DNA of 64,000 nucleotides, taken from Burkholderiales bacterium. Lineage in GTDB: Bacteria; Pseudomonadota; Gammaproteobacteria; Burkholderiales; SG8-39. Positions 46,744-55,966 of the stretch are shown one piece after another. Numbering within the stretch: the first letter of the stretch is position 1; every line of letters begins with the position of its first letter. The notes under the pieces were generated by a model. It was not told where the DNA came from, did no database searches, and was given only the letters and a program-made list of their open reading frames with translations. Position numbers and translations under genes: made by a program. The stretch covers positions 144,835 to 208,834 of the forward strand of contig DATIDG010000049.1 of NCBI GenBank assembly GCA_035456405.1, in the 5' to 3' direction.

Positions 46744-47508
46744 CTACGCTGCCACCAGGTTCGCGATGCCGTCCCAGAGCAGCTTCGCGCCGGTGACGAA
46801 CATCAGCGCGTACGCGATGCGGTAGAACCACGCCGTGCTGAGCTTTTTGCGCACCCAGATCCCCAGGAGGATGCCGACGACGGCGACGGGCAGCAGCGCG
46901 ACCGCGGTGCCGACGTTGCGCGCGTCGAACAGGCCGAGCATCAGGTAGGGCACGATCTTCGCCGCGTTGATCGCGGTGAAGAAGATGATCGTCGTCCCGA
47001 CGTAGAGCGCCTTGTCGAGGCGCTGCGGCAGCAGGTAGATGGCGAGCGGCGGGCCGCCCGCATGCGCGACGAAGCTGGTGAAGCCGGAGCCCGCAGCACA
47101 GGCGTAGCCCTTCCACTGGCTGGGCTGTGCGGGCGCGGGTAGGCCGGCGAGGACGTTCCACGACACGAAGCCGCACGCGATCGAGCCCAGCAGCACGCGA
47201 ATCCAGTCGTCGTTGAGGTAGTTGAAGGTCACCCAGCCGATGCCGATGCCGGCGAGGCCCGCCGGCATGATGGTCGCCATGATCCGGCGGTCCCAGTGGT
47301 GGCGGTAGGCGTACACGCCGATCAGGTCCATCAGGATCAGGATCGGCAGCATGATCGCCGCCGCCTGCACGGGCGAGATCGCGAGGGACAGCAGCGGGAC
47401 GGAGAATCCGCCCGCGGCGCCGATGCCGCCCTTCGAGATTCCAGTGAGGATGACGGCGGGGATCGCGACCGCGTAGAACCAGGGGTTGGCGATCAGGTCG
47501 AGGTGCAA
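46744..47508 (-). CDS. TauE/SafE-family anion (sulfite/organosulfonate) exporter-type membrane protein
   Basis: 254 aa and polytopic. VILTGISKGGIGAAGGFSVPLL is the family motif. TTG start 9 nt after the upstream stop. Confidence 0.87.
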   Translation of the reverse strand: MHLDLIANPWFYAVAIPAVILTGISKGGIGAAGGFSVPLLSLAISPVQAAAIMLPILILMDLIGVYAYRHHWDRRIMATIMPAGLAGIGIGWVTFNYLNDDWIRVLLGSIACGFVSWNVLAGLPAPAQPSQWKGYACAAGSGFTSFVAHAGGPPLAIYLLPQRLDKALYVGTTIIFFTAINAAKIVPYLMLGLFDARNVGTAVALLPVAVVGILLGIWVRKKLSTAWFYRIAYALMFVTGAKLLWDGIANLVAA

Positions 47509-47517
47509 CGCCGCCGT

Positions 47518-49020
47518 TCAGCCCTTCGCCGCCTGGTCGCGCAGCACGCGCTTGAGGATCTTGCCGGTCGCGCTCTTCGGCAGCTCTTTCACCAGGTCCA
47601 CCTGCGCGGGAATCTTGTAGGCGGCAAGGCGGTCGCGACAGAACTGCGCGAGTTCTTCGGCGTTCGCGTGCTGGCCGCCCTTGAGCACGATCGCGGCGCG
47701 AACCTGCTCCCCCTTGAGCGGATCCGGCGTGCCGTACACGGCGACCTCCTGCACGGCGGGGTGCCGGTACAGCACGTGCTCGACCTCCGCGGGCCAGACC
47801 TTGAACCCGGAGACGTTCACCATGTCCTTCACGCGGTCGACGATGTACACATACCCGTCGGCGTCCATCCGGCCGATGTCGCCGGAATGCAGCCAGCCGT
47901 GGCGCAGGGCCCGGTCGGTGTCCTCGGGCCTGCCCCAGTAGCCCTTCATCACGCCCGGTCCGCGGATGACGATCTCGCCCCACTCGCCGCGCGCCACCTC
48001 CTTGTCGGCGTCGTCGTGGATCGCGAGCGTGAATCCCTCGACGGCGGTGCCGACGCTGCCGAAGCGATGCTCGGTGGCGTGGTTGTAGCAGGCGAAGGGC
48101 GAGCACTCGGTGAGTCCGTAGCCCTCGTTGACGCGGTGACCGAAGCGCTCGGTCCAGCGCCGCGAGATCTCCTCGGGCATCGTCGCAGCGGCGGAGAAGT
48201 AGTAGTCGACCGAGGACAGGTCGTATTTCGCCAAGTCCGTGTTGAGGAGCCCGATGTAGATCGTCGGGACCGCGAAGAACTTCGTGATGCGATCGCGGCC
48301 GATCGCCTCGAGCACCACGTCGGGCACGAAGCGGCGGAAGAGCGCGAGCGTCGCGCCGGCCTCGAACCCGCCGTTCATGATGTAGTTCTGGCCGAAGACG
48401 TGGAACAGCGGCAGGAAGAGCGCGAGCCGGTCCGAGGGTTTGTAGCCCGAGCACTTCGCCGCCGTGCGGATGTTCGTCGCGACGTTGTTGTGCGTCAGCG
48501 TCACGCCTTTCGGGACGCCGGTGGTGCCGGAGGAGTAGAGCAGCACGGCCGGGTCGTCCGGCTGCATGTTTGCCGCCCGGAGCGCCGGGTTGCCGCGCGC
48601 GAGCCAGTCCTCGAGGGCGATCTCGTCGGGCTCCGCGCCCTCGCAGACCACCGTGTGCTGGATCGAGGGGCACTCCGGGCGCGGCACGTTGGGGAGCAGC
48701 TCCTCCGTGGTGAACAGCACTTTCGGGCGCGAATCGTTGACGATGTACCGGACTTCCTCCCACTTGAAGATCGAGTTGATCGACACGACGATCGCACCGA
48801 CCTTGAGACCAGCGAGATACGCCAGCGCGAAGGCGGGAATGTTGGGAAGGTAGAGCGCGACCCGGTCGCCGCGCCGCACCCCGTGCCGTGCGAGCGAATC
48901 GGCGAGCGCCGATGCGCAGTAATCGAGCGTCGCGTACGAGACGCTCTTCCCCTCGAAAAGGATCGCGGGATGCTCCTTGAGGCGCGCGGCGGCGCGCTCC
49001 ACGTGCTGGGCGATGTTCAT
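47518..49020 (-). CDS. AMP-dependent acyl-CoA synthetase/ligase
   Basis: 500 aa from the ATG at 49020. AMP-binding motifs LLYSSGTTGVPKG, GYGLTE and SGDIGRMDADGYVYIVDRVKD. The C-terminus contains PKSATGKILKR. Confidence 0.92.
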   Translation of the reverse strand: MNIAQHVERAAARLKEHPAILFEGKSVSYATLDYCASALADSLARHGVRRGDRVALYLPNIPAFALAYLAGLKVGAIVVSINSIFKWEEVRYIVNDSRPKVLFTTEELLPNVPRPECPSIQHTVVCEGAEPDEIALEDWLARGNPALRAANMQPDDPAVLLYSSGTTGVPKGVTLTHNNVATNIRTAAKCSGYKPSDRLALFLPLFHVFGQNYIMNGGFEAGATLALFRRFVPDVVLEAIGRDRITKFFAVPTIYIGLLNTDLAKYDLSSVDYYFSAAATMPEEISRRWTERFGHRVNEGYGLTECSPFACYNHATEHRFGSVGTAVEGFTLAIHDDADKEVARGEWGEIVIRGPGVMKGYWGRPEDTDRALRHGWLHSGDIGRMDADGYVYIVDRVKDMVNVSGFKVWPAEVEHVLYRHPAVQEVAVYGTPDPLKGEQVRAAIVLKGGQHANAEELAQFCRDRLAAYKIPAQVDLVKELPKSATGKILKRVLRDQAAKG

Positions 49021-49025
49021 TTTGC

Positions 49026-49961
49026 TCAGAAATTGACGTTGTCGCTGCCCTTCAGTTTCAGGATGTCGCGCGCCTCGCCGGGCGTGGCGACCTCGAGCCC
49101 GAGCTCCTCGAGGATGCGGCGGATCTTGGCGACCTGCTCGGCGTTGGTCTGCGCGAGCCGGGCCTTGCCGAGCCACAGGCTGTCCTCCAGCCCGACGCGC
49201 ACGTTGCCGCCCATCACCGCCGACATCGTCGCCACGTACATCTGGTTGCGGCCGGCGCCGAGCACCGACCAGCGGTAGTCGTCGCCGAAGAGGCGGTCGG
49301 CGGTGCGCTTCATGTGCAGCACGTCCTCCGGGTGCGGGCCGATCCCGCCGCGGATGCCGAACACCGACTGGATGAAGAGCGGCGGCTTGACGAGCCTGCG
49401 GTCGAGGAAGTGCGCGGCGGTGTAGAGGTGCCCGATGTCGTAGCACTCGACCTCGAAGCGAGTGTCGTTGCCGCTGCACGACTCAAGGATGTGCGCGATG
49501 TCGCGGAACGTATTCTTGAAGATCCGCTCGTCCGAGCCAGCGAGGTACGGCAGCTCCCAGTCGTGCTTCCAGTCCTTGTAGCGCGGGATCATCTCGTACA
49601 GGCCGAAGTTCATCGAGCCCATGTTGAGCGACGCGACCTCGGGCTTGAGCTGGAGCGCCGGCTGCAGGCGCTCCTCCACCGTCATCGTCGGCGCGCCGCC
49701 GGTGGTCAGGTTGATCACCACGTCGGTGGCCGCCTTGATCTTCGGCAGGAACTGGCGGAAGACGGCAGGATCCTGGGTCGGCCGGCCGTCTGCCGGAACG
49801 CGTGCGTGCAGATGCACGATCGCGGCCCCGGCCTGCGCCGCACCGATTGCGCCGGCCGCGATCTCGTCCGGCGTGATCGGCAGGTGCGGCGACATCGTCG
49901 GGGTGTGGATCGCGCCGGTGACCGCGCAGGTGATGATGACCTTGTTCTGCTTCGCGGACAT
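49026..49961 (-). CDS. Beta-keto acid cleavage enzyme (BKACE/DUF849, 3-keto-5-aminohexanoate cleavage family)
   Basis: 311 aa with VIITCAVTGAIHTP, IVHLHAR and VRVGLEDSL motifs. GGGAGGA RBS. Confidence 0.92.
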   Translation of the reverse strand: MSAKQNKVIITCAVTGAIHTPTMSPHLPITPDEIAAGAIGAAQAGAAIVHLHARVPADGRPTQDPAVFRQFLPKIKAATDVVINLTTGGAPTMTVEERLQPALQLKPEVASLNMGSMNFGLYEMIPRYKDWKHDWELPYLAGSDERIFKNTFRDIAHILESCSGNDTRFEVECYDIGHLYTAAHFLDRRLVKPPLFIQSVFGIRGGIGPHPEDVLHMKRTADRLFGDDYRWSVLGAGRNQMYVATMSAVMGGNVRVGLEDSLWLGKARLAQTNAEQVAKIRRILEELGLEVATPGEARDILKLKGSDNVNF

Positions 49962-49982
49962 TTTCGTCCTCCCTTGAGAACC

Positions 49983-50054
49983 TGATTCTCAGGACACAGA
50001 GATCGCAGAGAGAATCAGCTCGGCTGGGAGCATATCTCTGTGACTTCTGTGGCC
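49983..50054. repeat. CACAGAG-type palindromic intergenic repeat, copy 2
   Basis: GGACACAGAGATCGCAGAGAG (49992-50012) and ATCTCTGTGACTTCTGTGGCC (50034-50054) are imperfect inverted arms. A nested perfect 9-bp hairpin is CTGATTCTC/GAGAATCAG (49983-49991 and 50010-50018). It is related to the 12341-12411 copy. Confidence 0.6.
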
Positions 50055-50062
50055 CAACTTCC

Positions 50063-50995
50063 TTAGCTCTTCTCCGCGGCGCGTTTGTGGGCGGCCAGCG
50101 CCATCAGCCGCCGATCGCGCCACGCCGCACGCTCGGACAGGCGGTCGGCGGGCACCAGCGCCCGGCGCTCCGCCTCCAGCCGCGCGAGCGCCCCGGCATC
50201 CCACTCGCGCGGCACCTGCGCGCGATCCATCTCCACCATCGTGGCGGCGTAGCGCCGCGCGTAATCTACCACTCCGCCCGGCGCATTGAGATCGATCGTT
50301 TCCATCGGACCCATGAACGACCAGCGCAGGCCGAGGCCGTCGCGGATCGTCTTGTCGATGTCCTCTGCCGACGCGCAGCCGTCCTCGTAGAGGCGTATCG
50401 CCTCGCACACGAGGGCCGCCTGCAGGCGGTTGAGGATGAAGCCGGGAATCTCGCGCCGTACGACCACCGGCACCTGTTTCACCGACTCGAGCAGCGTGCG
50501 CGCACGCTCGACCATGTCGGGCGCGGTCCACGGCGCCGGGCACAGCTCGACGACCGGGACGACGTGCGGCGGGTTCACCGGGTGTGCGACGAGGCAGCGC
50601 GCCCGCCCGGGCAGGTCCGCACTGAACGCCGACGCCGGGATGTAGGAGGTCGAGCTCGCGAGGATGCAATCCGGCTTCGCCAGCGCGTCCAGCGCGGCGA
50701 AGATCGCCCGCTTTGCCTCGACGGTCTCGCGCACGCTCTCCTGGACGTAGCGCGCGTCGCGCAGCGCATCGCCGAGGGCGGCGGCCGCGCCGATCCGCGC
50801 GCGCACCGCCGCCGGCGGCTCGTCGAGCAGGCCGTAGCCGGCGAGATCCGCGAGCGCCGCGTCGATGAGGTGCAGGCCTTCGGCCAGCGCGCCGGAGTCG
50901 CTGTCGAATACGGCAACCGGGTGGCCCGCCCGGGCGAACACGATGGCCCAGGCGCGGCCGATGAGCCCGGCACCGACGATGGCGATGCGGTCCAC
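50063..50995 (-). CDS. 3-hydroxyacyl-CoA dehydrogenase-family NAD-dependent dehydrogenase (L-carnitine-dehydrogenase-like)
   Basis: The GTG at 50995 gives (M)DRIAIVGAGLIGRAWAIVFA, a Rossmann fold. A SSTSYI...HPVNPPHVVPVVE core follows. The track's upstream 82 codons were rejected. Confidence 0.87.
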   Translation of the reverse strand: MDRIAIVGAGLIGRAWAIVFARAGHPVAVFDSDSGALAEGLHLIDAALADLAGYGLLDEPPAAVRARIGAAAALGDALRDARYVQESVRETVEAKRAIFAALDALAKPDCILASSTSYIPASAFSADLPGRARCLVAHPVNPPHVVPVVELCPAPWTAPDMVERARTLLESVKQVPVVVRREIPGFILNRLQAALVCEAIRLYEDGCASAEDIDKTIRDGLGLRWSFMGPMETIDLNAPGGVVDYARRYAATMVEMDRAQVPREWDAGALARLEAERRALVPADRLSERAAWRDRRLMALAAHKRAAEKS

Positions 50996-51000
50996 GGGCG

Positions 51001-51777
51001 TCAGATCGTGTGGGTGAGGTCGCCGCACACCGACACGGCCTGCCCGGAGATCTGCTTGCCGGCATCGGTGGCGAGAAAGAGTGCCATGTTCGCGATGTCC
51101 TGCGCGGTGACGAAGGTGCGGAGGCTCACCGTCTCGAGCAGCTTCTGCTTCTGCTGCTCGAACGGGATCCCGAAGGCCCTCGCCTTCGCGTCGATCACCC
51201 GGTTGATGCGGTCCCCCTCGACGGTGCCCGGCTGGATGCAATTCACGCGCACCTTATCCGGTCCCGCCTCGATCGCGAGGCTCTTGGTGAACCCCACGAC
51301 CGCCCATTTGGCCGCGGCGTAGGGCGTTCGCATCGAAAAGCCGAGCCGCCCCGCGACCGACGAGAGATTGATGATGCTTCCGCCGCCGGCCGCCTTGATC
51401 AGCGGCATCGCGAGCCGCGTGCAGTAGAACATCGAGTTGAGGTCGACCGCAATGCAGCGGTCCCAGTCCTCGGGCCGGATGTCCTCGACCTTCGCTGTCG
51501 GGCCCGCGATCCCGGCGTTGTTCACGAGCACATCGAGGCCGCCGAGCGCGCGCTTAGCGTCGGCGAACAGCCGGTCGACCTCGGCGAGGACCGCGACGTC
51601 GGCGACGGTCTGCGTCACCTGCGGAAGCGCGCGTTTCACCTCCTCGAGCGCGGCGCGGTCGATGTCGCAGATGTGCACCCGCGCGCCCTGCGCGACGAAG
51701 GTCTCGGTGATCGCGCGCCCGATCCCGGCCGCGCCAGCCGTCACCAGGACGCGCAGGCCGTTCGCTGATACGTTCAT
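51001..51777 (-). CDS. Short-chain dehydrogenase/reductase (SDR)
   Basis: VLVTAGAAGIGRA cofactor motif, NNAG, and catalytic S...YAAAK. Confidence 0.92.
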   Translation of the reverse strand: MNVSANGLRVLVTAGAAGIGRAITETFVAQGARVHICDIDRAALEEVKRALPQVTQTVADVAVLAEVDRLFADAKRALGGLDVLVNNAGIAGPTAKVEDIRPEDWDRCIAVDLNSMFYCTRLAMPLIKAAGGGSIINLSSVAGRLGFSMRTPYAAAKWAVVGFTKSLAIEAGPDKVRVNCIQPGTVEGDRINRVIDAKARAFGIPFEQQKQKLLETVSLRTFVTAQDIANMALFLATDAGKQISGQAVSVCGDLTHTI

Positions 51778-51866
51778 GAGTGATCCTTCCGGGATGGCCG
51801 GGCGCTCCCTTGGCGTATGGCGTGGCGCGGGAGTTTAGCTCGCCTCGGTAGAATGGCGCACCGACG

Positions 51867-52538
51867 ATGAACATTCTGGCCATCGAAACCGCCACGGAAG
51901 TGCTCTCGCTCGCCGTCGGCACCGGCGCCGAGGTGCACGAGACGACGATCGCGGCCGGTCAGCGGCAGGCCGAGCTCATTCTGGCGCAGATCGACGCGCT
52001 GCTCGCGCGCGCCGGCCTCGGCGTGCGCGACCTGGACGGCGTCGCGTACGGCGCGGGCCCGGGCTCGTTCACCGGCCTGCGGATCGCATGCGGCGTTGCG
52101 CAGGGCATCGCCGCGGCGCGCGGCATCCCGGTGCTCGGCGTGAGCACGCTCGCCGCGCTCGCGGAAGGCTGCGGCGCGGCGCGGGTGATCGCGTGCCTCG
52201 ATGCGCGGATGGGCGAGGTGTATCATGCCGCCTTCGAAAAGCGGAACGGCGCGTTGCACGAAGTCATCCCTGCGGGGCTCCATCGCCCCGCGTCCGTTCC
52301 GCTTCCCCCGGGCGACGGCTGGACCGGCTGCGGCCAGGGCTTTGCGGCCCACCGCGAGGCTCTCGCTGCGCGCCTTGGCGCCCGCCTCGCCGCGGTGCGG
52401 CCGGACGCCGCGCCGTCGGCGGCGGCGATCTTGCGATTGGCCGCGCCGCGTTTCGCGGCGGGCGAGGGCGGCGATGCCGCGACCGCAGCGCCGGTCTATC
52501 TGCGCGAGCGCGTCGCGCTGAAGACGAGCGAGCGGTGA
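51867..52538 (+). CDS. tsaB: tRNA t6A37 biosynthesis protein TsaB
   Basis: MNILAIETATEVLSLAV...GPGSFTGLRIACGVAQG. Confidence 0.92.
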   Translation: MNILAIETATEVLSLAVGTGAEVHETTIAAGQRQAELILAQIDALLARAGLGVRDLDGVAYGAGPGSFTGLRIACGVAQGIAAARGIPVLGVSTLAALAEGCGAARVIACLDARMGEVYHAAFEKRNGALHEVIPAGLHRPASVPLPPGDGWTGCGQGFAAHREALAARLGARLAAVRPDAAPSAAAILRLAAPRFAAGEGGDAATAAPVYLRERVALKTSER

Positions 52539-52996
52539 GCGCAGTCCTGCGTCCCGAGCCGCGGATCAGGCCGCTCGCCGAGCGGGACCTCGACGCGGTC
52601 GTGGCGATCGAGCGCGACATCTACGAGTTCCCATGGTCGCTCGGCAATTTCCGCGACTCGCTTGCGGCCGGATACAGCTGCTGGGCTTATCGTTCCGCCG
52701 ACGGCCTTTTCGGCTACGCGGTGATGATGATCGGCGCGGGCGAGGCACATCTCCTCAACCTGAGCATCGCCGCGGCGTGCCAGCGGCGCGGCTACGGCAA
52801 GCAGCTGCTGGAGCACCTGATGGAGGTCGCGCGCAGCTACGGCGCGCGAGCGCTCCTCCTGGAAGTGCGTCCGTCGAACGAGGGTGCGCGCGGGCTCTAC
52901 GCCGGGTACGGCTTCGAGCAGGTCGGCGTGCGCCGCGGCTACTACCCGGCGCGGGACGGGCGCGAAGACGCGTTGCTGCTGACGTATCGACTGTGA
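52535..52996 (+). CDS. rimI: Ribosomal-protein-alanine N-acetyltransferase
   Basis: The GTG at 52535 overlaps the tsaB stop. GNAT motif QRRGYGKQLL. It follows tsaB in the conserved order. Confidence 0.87.
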   Translation: MSAVLRPEPRIRPLAERDLDAVVAIERDIYEFPWSLGNFRDSLAAGYSCWAYRSADGLFGYAVMMIGAGEAHLLNLSIAAACQRRGYGKQLLEHLMEVARSYGARALLLEVRPSNEGARGLYAGYGFEQVGVRRGYYPARDGREDALLLTYRL

Positions 52997-53006
52997 CCGG
53001 GCGATC

Positions 53007-53816
53007 GTGAGCGCGAGACGCGAGCGCATCCTGGCGGAGATCGGCATCGGCCCGCGCTGGCGGTTGCGGCGGACGCAGCCCGCCGGAGAGCCGCAAATGG
53101 GTGGTTGGCAGTCGGCAGCAGACCCGGCCCCCGTCGCCGGCGCTCCGCATCCCCATCCGCAATCCGGCAGCTTGCAACGCCCGACTGGCGCAGGCAACGC
53201 CGCCTTCGATCTCCACGACCGCGCCGCCCGCATCGCGACGATGAGCTGGCCCGAGCTGAAGTCGCAGGTCGCGGCCTGCACGGCCTGCCAGCTCTGCAAG
53301 ACGCGAACGAACACGGTGTTCGGCGTCGGCGACGAGCGGGCCGAGTGGATGATCGTCGGCGAGGCGCCCGGCGCGGAGGAGGATGCGCGCGGCGAGCCGT
53401 TCGTCGGGCAGGCGGGACGGCTGCTCGACAACATGCTCGCCGCGGTCGGGCTCGAGCGCGGCGCGAACGTCTATATCGCGAACGTGCTCAAGTGCCGGCC
53501 GCCGGGCAACCGCAACCCCGAGCCGTTCGAGGTCGAGCAGTGCAGCCCGCACCTCGTCCGGCAGCTGACGCTGATCCGGCCGAAGCTCATCCTCGCGCTG
53601 GGCCGGTTCGCGGCGCAGACGCTCCTGTCCACGGACGCGAGCATCGCCAGCCTGCGCGGCAGGCTGTTCCAGTACCAAGGCGTGCCGTTGATTGTCAGCT
53701 ACCATCCGGCTTATCTGCTGCGCAACCTGCTGGACAAATCGAAGGCATGGGAAGACCTGTGCTTCGCGCGCGCGACCATGCAGGGATTGAAGGCGTCGGT
53801 CGCGCCTTCATCTTGA
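53007..53816 (+). CDS. Family 4 uracil-DNA glycosylase
   Basis: CTACQLC Fe-S cysteines, GEAPGAEED and NVLKCRPPGNRNP motifs. The N-terminal extension is about 90 aa. Confidence 0.9.
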   Translation: MSARRERILAEIGIGPRWRLRRTQPAGEPQMGGWQSAADPAPVAGAPHPHPQSGSLQRPTGAGNAAFDLHDRAARIATMSWPELKSQVAACTACQLCKTRTNTVFGVGDERAEWMIVGEAPGAEEDARGEPFVGQAGRLLDNMLAAVGLERGANVYIANVLKCRPPGNRNPEPFEVEQCSPHLVRQLTLIRPKLILALGRFAAQTLLSTDASIASLRGRLFQYQGVPLIVSYHPAYLLRNLLDKSKAWEDLCFARATMQGLKASVAPSS

Positions 53817-53850
53817 CCCCCGGCGTCAATCCTGAAGGAGGACAACGACC

Positions 53851-54447
53851 ATGAGAAGGCTCTGGGCTGTGATCATGGCGGGCGTGGCGCTCGCGCTCGG
53901 CGGCTGCGGCTACAACGACATCCAGCGCGCTGACGAGGGCGTGAACGCCGCCTGGTCGGAAGTCGTGAACCAGTATCAGCGCCGGGCGGACCTGATCCCG
54001 AACCTGGTGGAGACGGTTAAAGGCTTCGCCCAGCAGGAGAAGGACGTCCTCACCCAGGTGACGGAGGCGCGCTCGCGCGTCGGCCAGGTGAAGGTGACCC
54101 CGGAGATGCTGAACGATCCGGCCGCGTTGCAGCGGTTCCAGCAGGCCCAGGGCGACCTGTCGAGCGCGCTATCGCGCCTCCTGGTGGTGGTGGAACGGTA
54201 CCCGGAGCTCAAGTCGGACAAGAACTTCCTCGAGCTGCAGGCCCAGCTCGAAGGCACCGAGAACCGCATCGGGGTGGCCCGCAACCGGTACATCAAGGCG
54301 GTGCAGGAGTACAACGTGCTGGTGCGCGAGTTCCCGGTGAACCTCACCGCGATGGTCTTCGGCTACAAGACCAAGGCCAACTTCACCGTCGAGAACGAGC
54401 GCGCGATCCAGACCGCGCCGAAGGTCGACTTCGGCGGGAAGAAGTAA
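53851..54447 (+). CDS. lemA: LemA family protein
   Basis: 198 aa with an N-terminal lipobox-like LALGGCG and WSEVVNQYQRRADLIPNLVETVKG. GGAGGA RBS. Confidence 0.93.
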   Translation: MRRLWAVIMAGVALALGGCGYNDIQRADEGVNAAWSEVVNQYQRRADLIPNLVETVKGFAQQEKDVLTQVTEARSRVGQVKVTPEMLNDPAALQRFQQAQGDLSSALSRLLVVVERYPELKSDKNFLELQAQLEGTENRIGVARNRYIKAVQEYNVLVREFPVNLTAMVFGYKTKANFTVENERAIQTAPKVDFGGKK

Positions 54448-54529
54448 CCGGCGGCACGCGCGACGCCTGCGGCCCCCTGCGGGCCGGCAGGCGCCGCGGT
54501 CGGCCGCAGCACGCTCTACTCGAGGCGCT

Positions 54530-55456
54530 GTGCAAGCGACTGCGTTAGTCCGGCGTTCTCTGGCGCTCCTGGGCGGCGTCCTGCTTCTCCTGTGCGCCGC
54601 GTTCGCGGCGGCCCAGAACCTGCAGCCCATCCCCGTGCTGAAGACGCGGGTCACCGACCTCACCGGCACGCTCAGCGCGCAGCAGGTCGCCGACCTCGAG
54701 CGTCGACTCGCGGACTTCGAGGCGCGCAAGGGCAGCCAGATCGCGGTGCTCGTCGTGCCGACGACCGACCCGGAAGCGATCGACCAGTACTCGATCCGGG
54801 TGGCCGAGGCGTGGAAGATCGGGCGCAAGGGTACCGACGACGGCGTCATCCTCGTCGTCGCGAAGAACGACCGGAAGCTGCGCCTGGAGGTCGGCTACGG
54901 TCTCGAGGGCGCGGTGCCCGACGCATACGCGAAGCGCATCATCCGCGAGGTCATCGCCCCCCGCTTCCAGCAGGGCGACTTCTACGGCGGGATCGCGGCC
55001 GGCACCCAGCAGCTCATGCGTCTCATCGAAGGGGAGAAACTGCCGGCGCCCGCACCGCGCGACGAGCCCCAGGCGGACTTCGGCGGTAACGCGGGCATGC
55101 TCGTCGTCCTTCTCGTCCTCACGATGGTGCTGGGCGGGATCCTGACGGCCATCCTCGGGCGGTTCCTCGGCTCCGCGGCGACGGGCGGGATGGTCGGGCT
55201 CATCGCCTGGACCATCGCAGGCGTGCTGCTCGCAGGGATCGGGGCCGGGCTGCTCGCGTTCGTCTTTTCGCTCTTCCTCGCCGGATCACGCGGCGGCTTC
55301 TCGCACGGCACCCGCGGCCACCAGGGCGGCCGGACGACGGGCGGTTGGACGGGCGGCGGCTGGGGCGGCGGCGGCGGGTGGTCCGGCGGTGGCGGCTGGT
55401 CCGGGGGCGGCGGCGGATTCGGCGGCGGCGGTGCGTCCGGGAGCTGGGGAGACTGA
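54530..55456 (+). CDS. TPM-domain (YgcG-like) membrane protein with a Gly/Trp-rich tail
   Basis: Signal peptide, then TPM domain VTDLTGTLSAQQVADLERRL...IAVLVVPT. TM helices follow, with the C-terminal tail GGWTGGGWGGGGGWSGGGGWSGGGGGFGGGG. Confidence 0.88.
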   Translation: MQATALVRRSLALLGGVLLLLCAAFAAAQNLQPIPVLKTRVTDLTGTLSAQQVADLERRLADFEARKGSQIAVLVVPTTDPEAIDQYSIRVAEAWKIGRKGTDDGVILVVAKNDRKLRLEVGYGLEGAVPDAYAKRIIREVIAPRFQQGDFYGGIAAGTQQLMRLIEGEKLPAPAPRDEPQADFGGNAGMLVVLLVLTMVLGGILTAILGRFLGSAATGGMVGLIAWTIAGVLLAGIGAGLLAFVFSLFLAGSRGGFSHGTRGHQGGRTTGGWTGGGWGGGGGWSGGGGWSGGGGGFGGGGASGSWGD

Positions 55457-55458
55457 CG

Positions 55459-55962
55459 GTGGGCCTCGGCCGCGTGCTTCGCCATCTCTGCTATTACGAC
55501 TATTGGAACGTGCGCAGCGCGTTTCCGCCCGCCGCGATGGCGGCGATCGAGCGCTCGATCGAGGAGCAGGAGCGTCGCCACGACGGCGAGCTGCGCTTTG
55601 CGGTCGAGGCGTCGCTGCCCTTGAATGACCTGCTCCAGGGCGTATCGCCGCGGGACCGCGCGATCGAGCTGTTCGGCCGCCTGCGGGTCTGGGACACCGA
55701 GCAGAACGCCGGCGTCCTGATCTACGTGCTGCTAGCGGACAAGCGCGTCGAGATCGTCGCCGATCGCGGCATTCACAGGAAGGTCGGCGAGACGGCATGG
55801 GAAGCGATCTGCGGCAACATGCAGCGCGAGTTTACGGCAGGACGGTTCCAGGCCGGCGCGCTCGCCGGGCTGCAGGCGGTGAGCGACCTGCTTGCCACGC
55901 ACTTCCCGCCGCGCGATGAGAACCCCGACGAGCTCGCGAATCAGCCGGTGATTGTCGACTGA
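55459..55962 (+). CDS. TPM-domain protein (second, cytoplasmic-type)
   Basis: GTG at 55459, 2 nt after the previous stop. IERSIEEQERRHDGELRFAVE...GVLIYVLLADKRVEIVADRGI is typical of the third gene of LemA-TPM-TPM clusters. Confidence 0.8.
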   Translation: MGLGRVLRHLCYYDYWNVRSAFPPAAMAAIERSIEEQERRHDGELRFAVEASLPLNDLLQGVSPRDRAIELFGRLRVWDTEQNAGVLIYVLLADKRVEIVADRGIHRKVGETAWEAICGNMQREFTAGRFQAGALAGLQAVSDLLATHFPPRDENPDELANQPVIVD

Positions 55963-55966
55963 CCGC

